Positions 1-9,692 of a stretch of DNA of 32,000 nt are shown here, in pieces (within the stretch, counting starts at the first letter, position 1; the number at the start of each line of letters is the position of its first letter). The notes beneath the pieces are model-generated. The model did no database searches and was not told the origin of the DNA. It was given only the letters and a program-made list of their open reading frames with translations. Both the position numbers and the translations under genes were made by a program. Origin of the DNA: Candidatus Saccharimonadota bacterium (GTDB taxonomy: Bacteria; Pseudomonadota; Gammaproteobacteria; Enterobacterales; Enterobacteriaceae); NCBI RefSeq assembly GCF_000973505.1, contig NZ_CP010048.1, forward strand, positions 510,001-542,000, read 5' to 3'.

Positions 1-1
1 G

Positions 2-895
2 ATTCATTCATTTTACAAAGATTCATTTACACTTAAAGGTCCATGGATAAGTAATATCACTCGAAATGAATATAGTAAAAAATTTCATATAATACATAAA
101 CATTTAAAAGAAGGTAACTGCTATCAAATATGCCTTTCACAACGTTTCTCTGCACCATACATCGGAAATGAATGGATTGCTTTCGAACATTTATTAAGAC
201 ATAATTATGCACCATTCTCAGCATTTATTCGATTGCCTGATCAAGTTATACTTAGTTTATCGCCCGAAAGATTTTTATGTTTACAAAACTCAAATATTAA
301 AACCCAACCAATCAAAGGCACAATATCTAGATCACAAAATCATAAAATAGATGATCAATATAAAAAATATTTGGCTAATTCAAACAAAAATAAAGCAGAA
401 AATCTTATGATTGTTGATTTACTGCGCAATGATATTGGGCGAGTGGCAATACCCGGTAGTATTCAAGTCCAAAAACTATTTGAAATCCAAACATTTCCAA
501 GTGTTCATCATATGGTAAGCACAATTACGGGACAACTCAATAGCATTCATTCTGCGTATGACCTGTTACGTGCTTGCTTTCCTGGAGGATCAATTACTGG
601 TGCACCTAAAATAACAGCCATGAAAATTATTGAAGAACTAGAACCACATAGACGAAATGCTTGGTCTGGAAGTATAGGCTATATAAGCTGTTGTGGGAAT
701 ATGGATACTAATATTGCTATACGCACACTGTTAGCTGAAAACAATACACTTTTCTGTTCAGTAGGTAGCGGAATAACATTCGATAGCCAGGAAAAAACAG
801 AATATCAAGAAATGATCACTAAAGTATCCACATTGTTACCATTGTTAAATACTCCAATAATATTTTCTACAAATAAAATTAACACATCTAACTAA
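2..895 (+). CDS. pabB: aminodeoxychorismate synthase component I (PabB), 5' end cut by window edge
   Basis: Frame 2 is open from nt 2, upstream of the TTG the ORF track lists at 233. Translation (..GNCYQICLSQRF.., SPERFL, QPIKGT, LMIVDLLRNDIGRV, GGSITGAPK) matches the chorismate-binding fold of PabB. The neighbours yoaE and manXYZ follow as in E. coli. Confidence 0.9.
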   Translation: MHSFYKDSFTLKGPWISNITRNEYSKKFHIIHKHLKEGNCYQICLSQRFSAPYIGNEWIAFEHLLRHNYAPFSAFIRLPDQVILSLSPERFLCLQNSNIKTQPIKGTISRSQNHKIDDQYKKYLANSNKNKAENLMIVDLLRNDIGRVAIPGSIQVQKLFEIQTFPSVHHMVSTITGQLNSIHSAYDLLRACFPGGSITGAPKITAMKIIEELEPHRRNAWSGSIGYISCCGNMDTNIAIRTLLAENNTLFCSVGSGITFDSQEKTEYQEMITKVSTLLPLLNTPIIFSTNKINTSN

Positions 896-1024
896 ACAAT
901 TATATTCAATAACATTTATCAATATAATTATTACAATACGCCTCACACAAATATTAATATACACAACCAACTATTAAGCACCATAATACACAATAATTTT
1001 CAACTACAAGTTTCCACTTATTTA

Positions 1025-2587
1025 CTACTGCTCATTTAAATAATTAGATGATAAATGTTTAATAATAACTAATTCAATTCGATATTTTGACATCTTCTGA
1101 ATAGTAAATTTCCAATTATTAATCATTATAACATCTCCTTCTATAGGAATATATTCACATTGAGATAATAATAAACCTGCTAAAGATACAATATTATCAC
1201 ATCCAGATACTAAATCTTGAGTATGTAAAGCTTGTTGTAAAGAATGAAGATCTGTACTTCCTTTTGCTCTCCAACCTTCTTCAACAATTTCAATTTCTGG
1301 AGTTTCATCTTCATCAGGAAACTCACCTGCTATGGCTTCTAAAACATCTAAAGGAGTTACCAAACCTTGAATAACTCCAAACTCATTAGAAACCATTACC
1401 ATACTACCTTTCGCGCGACGCAATTCTCCGAGTAAATTTAATACATCCAATGTTTCTGGCACTACAATTGCAGAATTTCCTGATGCATAAACACCCACCT
1501 GATCACCATTGGCTATAGCCGCCATTAAATCCTTGGCGCGAACAACACCAATCAATTGATCTAACTCACCATTACACACAGGAAACATGTTATGAGGAGT
1601 ATCCATTAACTTAGAATATAATTCCTCTACTGGTCTTTTACAATCCAACCAAGAAATCTCATTTCTGGGAGTCATAATACTACGTAAAGTTCGTGAAGAT
1701 AAAGATAACACACCAGTAATCATATGCCGTTCCTCTTCAGCAAAATGTACCGTATTATATGATTTATCAGAAGATAAATTTTCATTTTGAAAAACATGGT
1801 TCGCAACATGCCCCCCCATTAATCGAATAATTGCAGAAGCAGCACGCTCACGCATAGACTGCATTGATTGCTGATTTTTAACAAAATTAGCGTGAGCAAT
1901 TTGATTAAAAAATTCAATTAAAATAGAAAAACCAATAGCAGTATACAAATATCCCTGAGGAATATGAAAACCAATACCCTCACTGATCAAACTTAATCCA
2001 ATCATTAACAAAAAACTCAAACATAATACCACTACAGTTTGATGTGAATTTACAAAATTACTTAATGAACGAAACGTTAATAACATAATAGTTATAGCAA
2101 TAATAACAGCAAGCATCATAATAAATAAATGATTTACCATGCCCACAGCTGTTATAATTGCATCAAGAGAAAAAATAGCATCAAAAATAACAATTTGTGT
2201 TACAACCACCCAAAATTTATTATGTCCCAAAGTAGCATTACCATTTACTGAACGATTTTCTACTCTTTCATGTAATTCAATTGTTGCTTTAAATAAAAGA
2301 AAAGTACCACCAAACAATAAAATCAAATCACGACCAGAAAAACAGAATGAACCAAAAGAAAATAATGGCCGAGTTAATGTCACCATCCAAAACATCAAAG
2401 ATAATAAAGTAAGACGAAAAATTAATGCTAATATTAATCCAAGAACACGCGCATGATCACGCTGCTTTTCAGGTAATTTATTAGATAATATTATAATAAA
2501 AACTAAATTATCAATACCAAGAACAATTTCTAATATTACTAATGTAAACAATCCCACCCACACCGTAGGATCTATTAAAAACTCCAT
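1025..2587 (-). CDS. yoaE: TerC/CBS/CorC-domain inner membrane protein YoaE
   Basis: The N-terminus [30 protein letters not shown] aligns with remembered E. coli Yoa[31 protein letters not shown]. It has a TerC-like membrane half followed by a CBS pair and a CorC/HlyC-type C-terminus. I chose the second ATG (2587), which has GGAG 6 nt upstream; the ORF-track start at 2599 adds 4 codons. It is divergent from manX, as in E. coli. Confidence 0.85.
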   Translation of the reverse strand: MEFLIDPTVWVGLFTLVILEIVLGIDNLVFIIILSNKLPEKQRDHARVLGLILALIFRLTLLSLMFWMVTLTRPLFSFGSFCFSGRDLILLFGGTFLLFKATIELHERVENRSVNGNATLGHNKFWVVVTQIVIFDAIFSLDAIITAVGMVNHLFIMMLAVIIAITIMLLTFRSLSNFVNSHQTVVVLCLSFLLMIGLSLISEGIGFHIPQGYLYTAIGFSILIEFFNQIAHANFVKNQQSMQSMRERAASAIIRLMGGHVANHVFQNENLSSDKSYNTVHFAEEERHMITGVLSLSSRTLRSIMTPRNEISWLDCKRPVEELYSKLMDTPHNMFPVCNGELDQLIGVVRAKDLMAAIANGDQVGVYASGNSAIVVPETLDVLNLLGELRRAKGSMVMVSNEFGVIQGLVTPLDVLEAIAGEFPDEDETPEIEIVEEGWRAKGSTDLHSLQQALHTQDLVSGCDNIVSLAGLLLSQCEYIPIEGDVIMINNWKFTIQKMSKYRIELVIIKHLSSNYLNEQ

Positions 2588-2928
2588 AATAAGCTCCATA
2601 CATAAAATACATGTATCATTTTATAATTTATTTTTCACTAAAAAATATATCAAAATGACATATATTTCAAAAATCACATTTACAAAAACAATAAAAATAC
2701 ATATAACGTAATACAAATTTAATATTTATAATCTCATATTTTATAAATTAAAAATTGCTGTATGGTATAGTCATTAAATATTAAAATTATTGTATCAAAA
2801 AAAATCATACAGACATCTAAAAACCATATATAATAGATACAAATTGGCATAACAAAATTAATTCTAAACAACACTTCCAGTAATAATATACATAATTACA
2901 ACCTTTTATAAAAACTAAGGAATCACCA

Positions 2929-3885
2929 ATGGATATTGCTATCATTATTGGCACTCATGGTTCAGCAAGCGAACAACTACTTAAAACAACAGAAATGATT
3001 CTAGGTAAACAAGATAATGTTGCCTGTACGGATTTTTTCCCTGGAGAAAACACAGAAACACTTATTAATAAATATAACACACACATTCTTAAACTTAAAA
3101 CACAATCTGGATTGTTATTTCTAGTAGATCTTTGGGGAGGCAGCCCATTCAATGCCGCTCAACAAATAATTATTGGAAAAAAAAATTGCGACATTGTTAC
3201 TGGAGTAAATATTCCTATGTTAACAGAAATATTTATGGCACAAGAAGATCATTTATCACTAAAAAAATTAGTTCAAATAGCAATTAATAATGGAAAAGCT
3301 GGCATAAAAAATATCAATCATAAAAATACTCATACTGTTACTTCTGTCGAAAGTACAGATGAAAAAGTAAAATACAATCACAATATAAATCAACATATGA
3401 CAATCGAATTAGCAAGAATTGATGACAGATTAATTCATGGACAAATAGTAACTCAATGGACAAAAGCAAGTAAAATTCAACGCATTATTGTAATTAATGA
3501 TGAAGTTGCTAATGATACAATCAGAAAAACACTACTTACCCAAGTTGCTCCACCAGGAATTACTGCACATGTTATCAGTATATCAAAAGCCATACGCGTA
3601 TATAATAATCCAAAATATGCACAAGATCGTGTTATGTTATTATTCACTAATCCTACAGATGTTGTACGATTAATTGAAGGAGGAGTAAAAATACATTCTG
3701 TTAATATTGGAGGAATGGCATACCAAAAAGAAAAAATACAAATTAACAATGCCATATCAGTCAATCAAGAAGATATTAATTCATTCAAAAAACTTAATGA
3801 ATATGGAGTAACATTGGAAATACGAAAAATATCATCCGATACACCATTAAATATGATGGATTTAATTAAAAAACTAAAAAAATAA
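2929..3885 (+). CDS. manX: PTS mannose transporter subunit EIIAB
   Basis: 318 aa. The EIIA motif IIGTHGSASEQLLKT (phospho-His) and the EIIB motif ARIDDRLIHGQ are present. The C-terminal half is strongly similar to E. coli ManX (TLLTQVAPPG.TAHV, VMLLFTNPTDV, VNIGGMA). AAGGA lies 7 nt upstream of the ATG. Confidence 0.95.
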   Translation: MDIAIIIGTHGSASEQLLKTTEMILGKQDNVACTDFFPGENTETLINKYNTHILKLKTQSGLLFLVDLWGGSPFNAAQQIIIGKKNCDIVTGVNIPMLTEIFMAQEDHLSLKKLVQIAINNGKAGIKNINHKNTHTVTSVESTDEKVKYNHNINQHMTIELARIDDRLIHGQIVTQWTKASKIQRIIVINDEVANDTIRKTLLTQVAPPGITAHVISISKAIRVYNNPKYAQDRVMLLFTNPTDVVRLIEGGVKIHSVNIGGMAYQKEKIQINNAISVNQEDINSFKKLNEYGVTLEIRKISSDTPLNMMDLIKKLKK

Positions 3886-4057
3886 AAAAACCAATCATTA
3901 TTTTATTTATTAAATACATTCAAATATAATTAATTTTGTCAAATAATAATTTAATAAAAAAATATACAGTAAAAATATACCAATAATCATAAATATATAT
4001 TGTTTGTAATTATTAAAAATATAAATATTGTTAACATTAATATCAATCATAAATAAA

Positions 4058-4095
4058 TTAGGATATAAACACACATTTAGGATGTAAACACATAT
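4058..4095 (+). repeat. 19-nt tandem duplication (17/19 identical) covering the manY Shine-Dalgarno and start region
   Basis: 4058-4076 is ttaggatataaacacacat and 4077-4095 is ttaggatgtaaacacatat. The second copy carries the AGGA and the ATG (4094) of manY. The first copy has ATT at the equivalent start position. Confidence 0.9.
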
Positions 4096-4906
4096 GGAAA
4101 TTAATACAATTCAACTTATATTATTATTTATTGTTTCTTGTATCGTAGGAATGGGTTCAATACTAGATGAATTTCAATCTCACCGGCCACTAATTGCATG
4201 CACATTAATTGGATTAATTTTAGGAGATACAATAACTGGCGTCATGATTGGAGGTACATTAGAAATGATTGCGTTGGGATGGATGAACATCGGTGCAGCT
4301 GTAGCACCAGATGCTGCTTTAGCATCAATTATTTCTACCATTTTAGTAATTGCCGGTAAACAAAATATAGGTGCTGGAATTGCACTGGCAATTCCTTTAG
4401 CCGCAGCTGGACAAGTTTTAACTATTATAGTACGCACAATTACTGTAGCGTTTCAACATGCTGCTGATAATGCTGCCGAAAAATGTAATTTAAATCTTGT
4501 AAATTGGATTCATATTGCAGCATTAATGTTACAAGCTATGAGAATTGCTATTCCATCAACTATTGTTGGAATTTCTGTAGGAACAGAAACAGTACAACAT
4601 ATATTTAATTCAATTCCTGAAGTTATTACTAACGGATTGAACATCGCTGGAGGCATGATAGTTGTCGTAGGTTATGCTATGGTTATTAATATGATGCGAA
4701 CAGGATATCTAATGCCATTTTTCTATTTAGGTTTTGTTACTACAGCGTTCACTAATTTTAATCTAGTGGCACTAGGAGCCATTGGGATAATTATGGCCAT
4801 GCTTTATATTCAATTATCTCCAGAACATAATCAAAAAAAATATGCTCTCAAAAACAGCATAAATGATCCTGTTAATAAAAATACAATAGACAATGAACTA
4901 GACTAA
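4094..4906 (+). CDS. manY: PTS mannose transporter subunit EIIC
   Basis: 270 aa polytopic membrane protein similar to E. coli ManY (266 aa as I recall) along its length. It lies between manX and manZ. Confidence 0.95.
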   Translation: MEINTIQLILLFIVSCIVGMGSILDEFQSHRPLIACTLIGLILGDTITGVMIGGTLEMIALGWMNIGAAVAPDAALASIISTILVIAGKQNIGAGIALAIPLAAAGQVLTIIVRTITVAFQHAADNAAEKCNLNLVNWIHIAALMLQAMRIAIPSTIVGISVGTETVQHIFNSIPEVITNGLNIAGGMIVVVGYAMVINMMRTGYLMPFFYLGFVTTAFTNFNLVALGAIGIIMAMLYIQLSPEHNQKKYALKNSINDPVNKNTIDNELD

Positions 4907-4939
4907 CCAATAATAAAATAACATAGAAGGATTTTAATA

Positions 4940-5791
4940 ATGAACTACGATCTTAAAAAAACTAATGAAAAAAAATTAACAACTAATGACATTAGAGCAG
5001 TATTTATTCGATCAAATTTATTTCAGGGATCTTGGAATTTCGAACGTATGCAAGCATTGGGATTTTGTTTTTCTATGATACCAGTTATTAAACGTTTATA
5101 TCCCCAAAATAATAAAGACAAGCAAGACGCTATCAAAAGACATCTAGAATTTTTTAACACCCATCCTTATGCAGTTGCCCCAATTTTAGGCGTCACAATG
5201 GCTATGGAAGAACAACGTGCTAACGGTTCACAAATAGACAATGCTGCAATTAATGGATTAAAAATTGGACTAATGGGACCACTTGCTGGAGTAGGTGACC
5301 CCATATTTTGGGGGACAATACGACCAATTTTTGCTGCTTTAGGTGCAGGAATTGCAATGACTGGAAATATATTAGGACCATTAATTTTTTTTATACCATT
5401 TAATTGTGTTCGTTTAATTACTCGTTATTACGGTATAAGTTATGGGTACAATAAAGGAATTAGTATTATTCATGATATAAAAAGCGGGGTCTTAAAAAAA
5501 ATTACAGAAGGTTCATCAATTTTAGGATTATTTATCATGGGAGCATTAGTAAATAAATGGACTCACGTTAATATTCCTTGTGTATTATCAGAAACAATTG
5601 ATAATCAAGGCAATGCTACAACTATCACGTTACAATCTATTTTTGATCAATTAATGCCGGGATTTATACCTTTATTATTAACATTTACCTGTATGTGGTT
5701 ATTACGAAAAAAAATAAATGCTTTGTGGATAATCATGGGTTTTTTTGGAATTAGTATTTTTGGTTACTGGATTGGTATTTTCGGATTATAA
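4940..5791 (+). CDS. manZ: PTS mannose transporter subunit EIID
   Basis: 283 aa. Motifs RSNLFQGSWNFERMQALGF and GVGDPIFWGT are typical of ManZ/EIID. AAGGA lies 9 nt upstream of the ATG. Confidence 0.95.
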   Translation: MNYDLKKTNEKKLTTNDIRAVFIRSNLFQGSWNFERMQALGFCFSMIPVIKRLYPQNNKDKQDAIKRHLEFFNTHPYAVAPILGVTMAMEEQRANGSQIDNAAINGLKIGLMGPLAGVGDPIFWGTIRPIFAALGAGIAMTGNILGPLIFFIPFNCVRLITRYYGISYGYNKGISIIHDIKSGVLKKITEGSSILGLFIMGALVNKWTHVNIPCVLSETIDNQGNATTITLQSIFDQLMPGFIPLLLTFTCMWLLRKKINALWIIMGFFGISIFGYWIGIFGL

Positions 5792-5820
5792 CTTTCAATC
5801 GATTTTTTTTATAAAAATAA

Positions 5821-5862
5821 AAACCGGCTATTTATTACATGCACATAATAGCCAGTTTTTAT
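5821..5862. terminator. bidirectional intrinsic terminator between convergent manZ and cspC
   Basis: Stem GGCTATT (5826-5832) pairs with AATAGCC (5847-5853). It is flanked by an A-run on the left and TTTTT (5856-5860) on the right, so either strand reads as a hairpin followed by a U-run. This is the only G+C-containing terminator-like hairpin I found in the window. Confidence 0.55.
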
Positions 5863-5991
5863 CTTGCCTATGTTGATATAAATACAAAATTACAGTAAAA
5901 AATACTATGAAAACATTAACTAACTGTTTCCTTCATTTCATCTAATGAAACAAAAGACAATTAAACAATATTAATTATTATATTCTCTCAC

Positions 5992-6201
5992 TTATAAGGC
6001 TACTACATTAACAGCTGATGGACCTTTTTGACCATCCTGTACTTCAAATTCCACACTCTGTCCTTCAGATAAAGTTTTAAAACCATTGCCTTGAATAGCA
6101 GAAAAATGCACAAACACATCTTTACTGCCATCTGCAGGAGTAATAAAACCAAAACCCTTAGACTCATTAAACCACTTAACTTGACCTTTAATTTTTGCCA
6201 T
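5992..6201 (-). CDS. cspC: cold-shock-domain protein CspC
   Basis: 69 aa: [69 protein letters not shown]. This is almost identical to remembered E. coli CspC and clearly closer to CspC than to CspE. AGGAA lies upstream. The ORF-track start at 6234 (TTG) is an over-extension. Confidence 0.93.
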   Translation of the reverse strand: MAKIKGQVKWFNESKGFGFITPADGSKDVFVHFSAIQGNGFKTLSEGQSVEFEVQDGQKGPSAVNVVAL

Positions 6202-6360
6202 CTTATTTCCTTTGAAGCGTTTTAATTGTATCAAAACAATACAGAAGACAAACCGTGGACTATCACGTTTCTAAAATATTCAAATAAGATAATAACATTA
6301 TTTCACAACACAATATATTATTTTTTTACTAAATGTTCCACGTGCATCATACTGAATCAT
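6202..6360 (-). pseudogene. yobF: probable eroded yobF (small protein co-transcribed with cspC in E. coli), now part of the cspC leader
   Basis: Exactly 53 codons in frame with cspC: [50 protein letters not shown], with three in-frame stops. An ungapped alignment to remembered E. coli YobF ([47 protein letters not shown]) gives about 10 identities, including G.FSK. Position, strand and length agree with E. coli yobF-cspC. The region is G+C-richer than the surrounding spacer. Confidence 0.35.
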
Positions 6361-6737
6361 ACCTCGGTTTACCTAAAATTACATTTTTGATTACTACTAT
6401 TATTTAATAATTACAATTTTGAAATTGTTATAAGTTTTTTAAAAAATTAAGAAACACTTATCACAAAGACACATATAACACAAAAAAAGATAATTCTCAA
6501 TATAGAAATTCATATTTTTTCTAATATTTTTAAAGTTTTAATCTTTAAAACTATAAAATATAACAATCAAATATATTTATTAGTTAATTGTTGAAAAACA
6601 TACTTAGTTTATAAAATACAACAACATACAACAATTTAAAAAAATAGCAACAACTGTCTTTTCACAATAATTTCATCTTTAAATAACGAAAAATACAAAT
6701 ATCATAATCAAAAAAACATCAAACTTATCTAAGTAAA

Positions 6738-7667
6738 TCAAAAAAATAACCTTTCTTTATTAAAATACACTTCATCACGTAATGCTTCTATCCGAGCATC
6801 TATCGAAGGATGAGACATAAATAACTCACTAAACATATTTCTATTTTTTTTACCATGAATACATAAAGACATTACAATATTAGATTCTTTTGGTTCATAA
6901 CTTAATTTTAATCTTTTCAAAGCAGCTATCATATTATAAGTACCTACTAACTTAGCGGCACCAGCATCAGCATAAAATTCACGATGACGAGAAAACCACA
7001 GTGTAACTATACTAGCTAATATACCAAATACTGATTCTAATATTATGGAAATAAATAAATAAATAGAAGAATTTTCCTGAAATAAATTTTCCTCATCATT
7101 ATTATCTTCTGATGCCCCATCACCCAATGACATACAATACGCAATACACTGAGCTAAAACCCTGGATACAAAGACAACAAAAGTATTCATCACACCTTGT
7201 AGTAATGTTAACGTTACCATGTCTCCATTATAAATATGAGTCATTTCATGTGCCACCACTGATTCAATTTCATTATTGTGCATGTTCTTTAATAAACCAG
7301 TACTTACAGCCACCAATGCTGAATTTCTTCTAGGACCAGTAGCAAAAGCATTCATGGCAAGAGACTCATAAACAACCACTTGGGGAATCACAATTCCCAA
7401 CTTCTTTGACTGTGCACATACAATACGCAATAACCACATTTCTTTTTCATCAGCCATATCTTGTTTTAAAATTTTTCCACGAACAGCAAACAAAGCAATA
7501 TACTTAGACATACATAAAGAAATTATCGATCCACTAAAACCAACAATCCCTGATATAATTAACAAATTAATCAAATTTAAAAATCGAACATTCATAAAAA
7601 ACATCACTATACTAAACAATAACATAACTGCTATATTAGTAACTAAAAAAAGAATTATACGTATCAT
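6738..7667 (-). CDS. htpX: membrane zinc metalloprotease HtpX
   Basis: 309 aa. It carries the HEMTH zinc motif and aligns along its length with E. coli HtpX (MIRIILFLVTN.., NAFATGPRRN.ALVAVSTGLL, FSRHREFYADAGAAKLVG, MSHPSIDARIEAL). Confidence 0.93.
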   Translation of the reverse strand: MIRIILFLVTNIAVMLLFSIVMFFMNVRFLNLINLLIISGIVGFSGSIISLCMSKYIALFAVRGKILKQDMADEKEMWLLRIVCAQSKKLGIVIPQVVVYESLAMNAFATGPRRNSALVAVSTGLLKNMHNNEIESVVAHEMTHIYNGDMVTLTLLQGVMNTFVVFVSRVLAQCIAYCMSLGDGASEDNNDEENLFQENSSIYLFISIILESVFGILASIVTLWFSRHREFYADAGAAKLVGTYNMIAALKRLKLSYEPKESNIVMSLCIHGKKNRNMFSELFMSHPSIDARIEALRDEVYFNKERLFF

Positions 7668-7926
7668 AAAACATCATTCCTAAATATATATATAAAAAAA
7701 TTGCACTTAGTAAGATTGATATCCAGAATATAACTTTCAAAGATCTTATCATAATATTAAACTTACAATATAAAAATAATATAAAAATAATCAACACCGA
7801 CAAAAAACTATTTCAAACAAATTCAACCAAATATATTACAAAATTTCATAAAATCAATACATTTCACAAATATCAAAAATACACATAAACATTCTTTCGC
7901 TTCAATCAATCAAAATCGACAATACA

Positions 7927-9417
7927 CTACCGACTATTTTCATTCCAACAACGACCATCACGCGCTATCATCGCCGAAGAAGCCTCAGGACCCCATGTTC
8001 CAGCTGAATAAAACTTCAATTGGGTATAATGATTATTAACAATACACCAAGATTGTATAATAGAATCAACCCACTTCCAAGCACACTCCACTTCATCACG
8101 TCTCACAAATAATGTTTGAATACCATTCATAGCTTCTAATAGTAAACGCTCATAAGCATCAAATAAATACTCTTGATTAAACATTTCAATAAATTTTAAA
8201 TCTAACGCTGCAATTTGCAATTGATGCTTATGACCTAAACCTGGCATTCTGCTAAGAATTTTCATATCTATACCCTCGTTTGGCTGCAAACGAATAATCA
8301 GTCTATTATTTGGTAAAGTATGATAAGAATCACAAAATAAATTATGAATAGGTCTTTTAAAAACAACAACAACCTCAGAAGACTTAGTCGGCAACCTTTT
8401 TCCTGTACGTAAATAAAATGGAACACCAGCCCATCGCCAATTATCAATATCTACTCGAATTGCAACAAATGTTTCAGTAATACTATGCTTATTTGCCCCA
8501 CTTTCTTCTAAATAACCAGGAACTTTTCTGTTATTACTCATATAACCAGAAACATATTGTCCCCGTACTATATTACATATATTAGTATCATTTATGACAC
8601 GTAAATCACGCAATACCTTTACTTTTTCATCACGAATACAATCAGCAGTAAGATTAGACGGAGGAGACATAGCAATAATAGTTAAAATTTGTAATAAATG
8701 ACTTTGAACCATATCTCTCATCTGCCCAATCGAATCAAAATACCCCCATCGACCTTCAATGCCAACCTCTTCTGCTACAGTAATTTGAACATGATCGATT
8801 ATACGATGATCCCAATTATAAGCAAACAAAGAATTAGCAAAACGCAACGCTAATAAATTTAAAACAGTTTCTTTACCCAAATAATGATCAATACGATATA
8901 TCTGATCTTCATCAAAATATTTCGCAACTTGACTATTAATTAAACGCGCAGAATTTAAACCAGTACCCAAAGGTTTTTCCATAACAATACGACTTGACTT
9001 TTTATTTAAACCAAACATCCCTAAACCTTGACAAATAGCACCAAAAAGATCAGGAGGAACAGCAAAATAATAAATAATTACACACGTCTCAACACAATGA
9101 ATATTTCGTAATAAACTATCAAAAGCACTGATATTTTTAACATCAAGATTACAAAATTGAAAACGGGCACTAAAAATTTTCCATACACTTTCATTAATCG
9201 GTTCCAACATAAATTCTTCTAATGCTACTCGAATAACCCGATTTCTATAAAATAAAGAATCCCACATTGCACGACCTACTCCAATAATACAAGTATTTGG
9301 ATGAATAGCATTCATCTTTTCAAGTTGATACAATGAGGGCAACAACTTTCTACGAACTAAATCACCTTTAGCACCAAAAATAACCAAATTACAAGATTGT
9401 GTTACAGAAATCACCAC
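7927..9417 (-). CDS. zwf: glucose-6-phosphate 1-dehydrogenase
   Basis: 496 aa. Motifs LVIFGAKGDL.RRKLLPSLYQLEK, MEKPLGT and RIDHYLGKETVLNLLALRFANS are present. The start is GTG, with AAGG about 9 nt upstream. Confidence 0.95.
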   Translation of the reverse strand: MVISVTQSCNLVIFGAKGDLVRRKLLPSLYQLEKMNAIHPNTCIIGVGRAMWDSLFYRNRVIRVALEEFMLEPINESVWKIFSARFQFCNLDVKNISAFDSLLRNIHCVETCVIIYYFAVPPDLFGAICQGLGMFGLNKKSSRIVMEKPLGTGLNSARLINSQVAKYFDEDQIYRIDHYLGKETVLNLLALRFANSLFAYNWDHRIIDHVQITVAEEVGIEGRWGYFDSIGQMRDMVQSHLLQILTIIAMSPPSNLTADCIRDEKVKVLRDLRVINDTNICNIVRGQYVSGYMSNNRKVPGYLEESGANKHSITETFVAIRVDIDNWRWAGVPFYLRTGKRLPTKSSEVVVVFKRPIHNLFCDSYHTLPNNRLIIRLQPNEGIDMKILSRMPGLGHKHQLQIAALDLKFIEMFNQEYLFDAYERLLLEAMNGIQTLFVRRDEVECAWKWVDSIIQSWCIVNNHYTQLKFYSAGTWGPEASSAMIARDGRCWNENSR

Positions 9418-9660
9418 AATAACTTACCTTACAAAAACCATAATAAAAACTAATAATCTATGAATACTATAGAAGATATAAAATTATAAACACACACTTA
9501 CACATATATTAACAGTATACATGAAATAATTTTAACAATAAAACATCCCCCAATAATCATACATCTTAGAGAACTATCTTGTATTATAAAATAATATAAT
9601 TAACAATTATACATTATCTTTATTACTTGATAAAAATCTCTGAAATATAATCAGCATCAT

Positions 9661-9692
9661 TTGTAAATATATTAATTTGTAAATATATTAAA
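9661..9692 (+). repeat. 16-nt tandem duplication in the zwf-pykA divergent spacer
   Basis: ttgtaaatatattaat (9661-9676) is followed directly by ttgtaaatatattaaa (9677-9692), 15/16 identical. Each TTGTAA sits 17 nt upstream of a -10-like hexamer: TATATT at 9684-9689 and CATAAT at 9700-9705. Both are oriented toward pykA. Confidence 0.9.

Noticed and set aside
2139-2456. A 105-aa ORF on the + strand inside yoaE. Similar track ORFs lie at 2955-3152, 3477-3764, 4180-4437, 7112-7333, 10228-10440, 10741-11010, 14227-14451, 17781-17972, 20960-21154, 25153-25416, 26103-26306, 26457-26681, 28670-28879, 29217-29558, 29988-30299, 30794-30994, 31076-31300 and 31685-31867.
   Set aside because: All lie antisense to, or out of frame within, strongly supported conserved genes. 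They have low-complexity or odd composition, no ribosome-binding site and no family resemblance. They are shadow ORFs.
7734-7743. A TTTGAAA motif about 70 nt upstream of htpX, considered as a sigma32 -35 element (consensus CTTGAAA).
   Set aside because: No acceptable CCCCAT-like -10 element lies at the proper 13-15 nt spacing. A single heptamer match in AT-rich DNA is not evidence.
7768-7791. An 11-nt tandem repeat (atataaaaata, two copies) in the htpX-zwf spacer. Repeated aaataaaataaat motifs also occur at 21826-21861.
   Set aside because: These are pure A/T low-complexity sequence. They are not distinguishable from compositional noise or trivial slippage, and show no associated signal.
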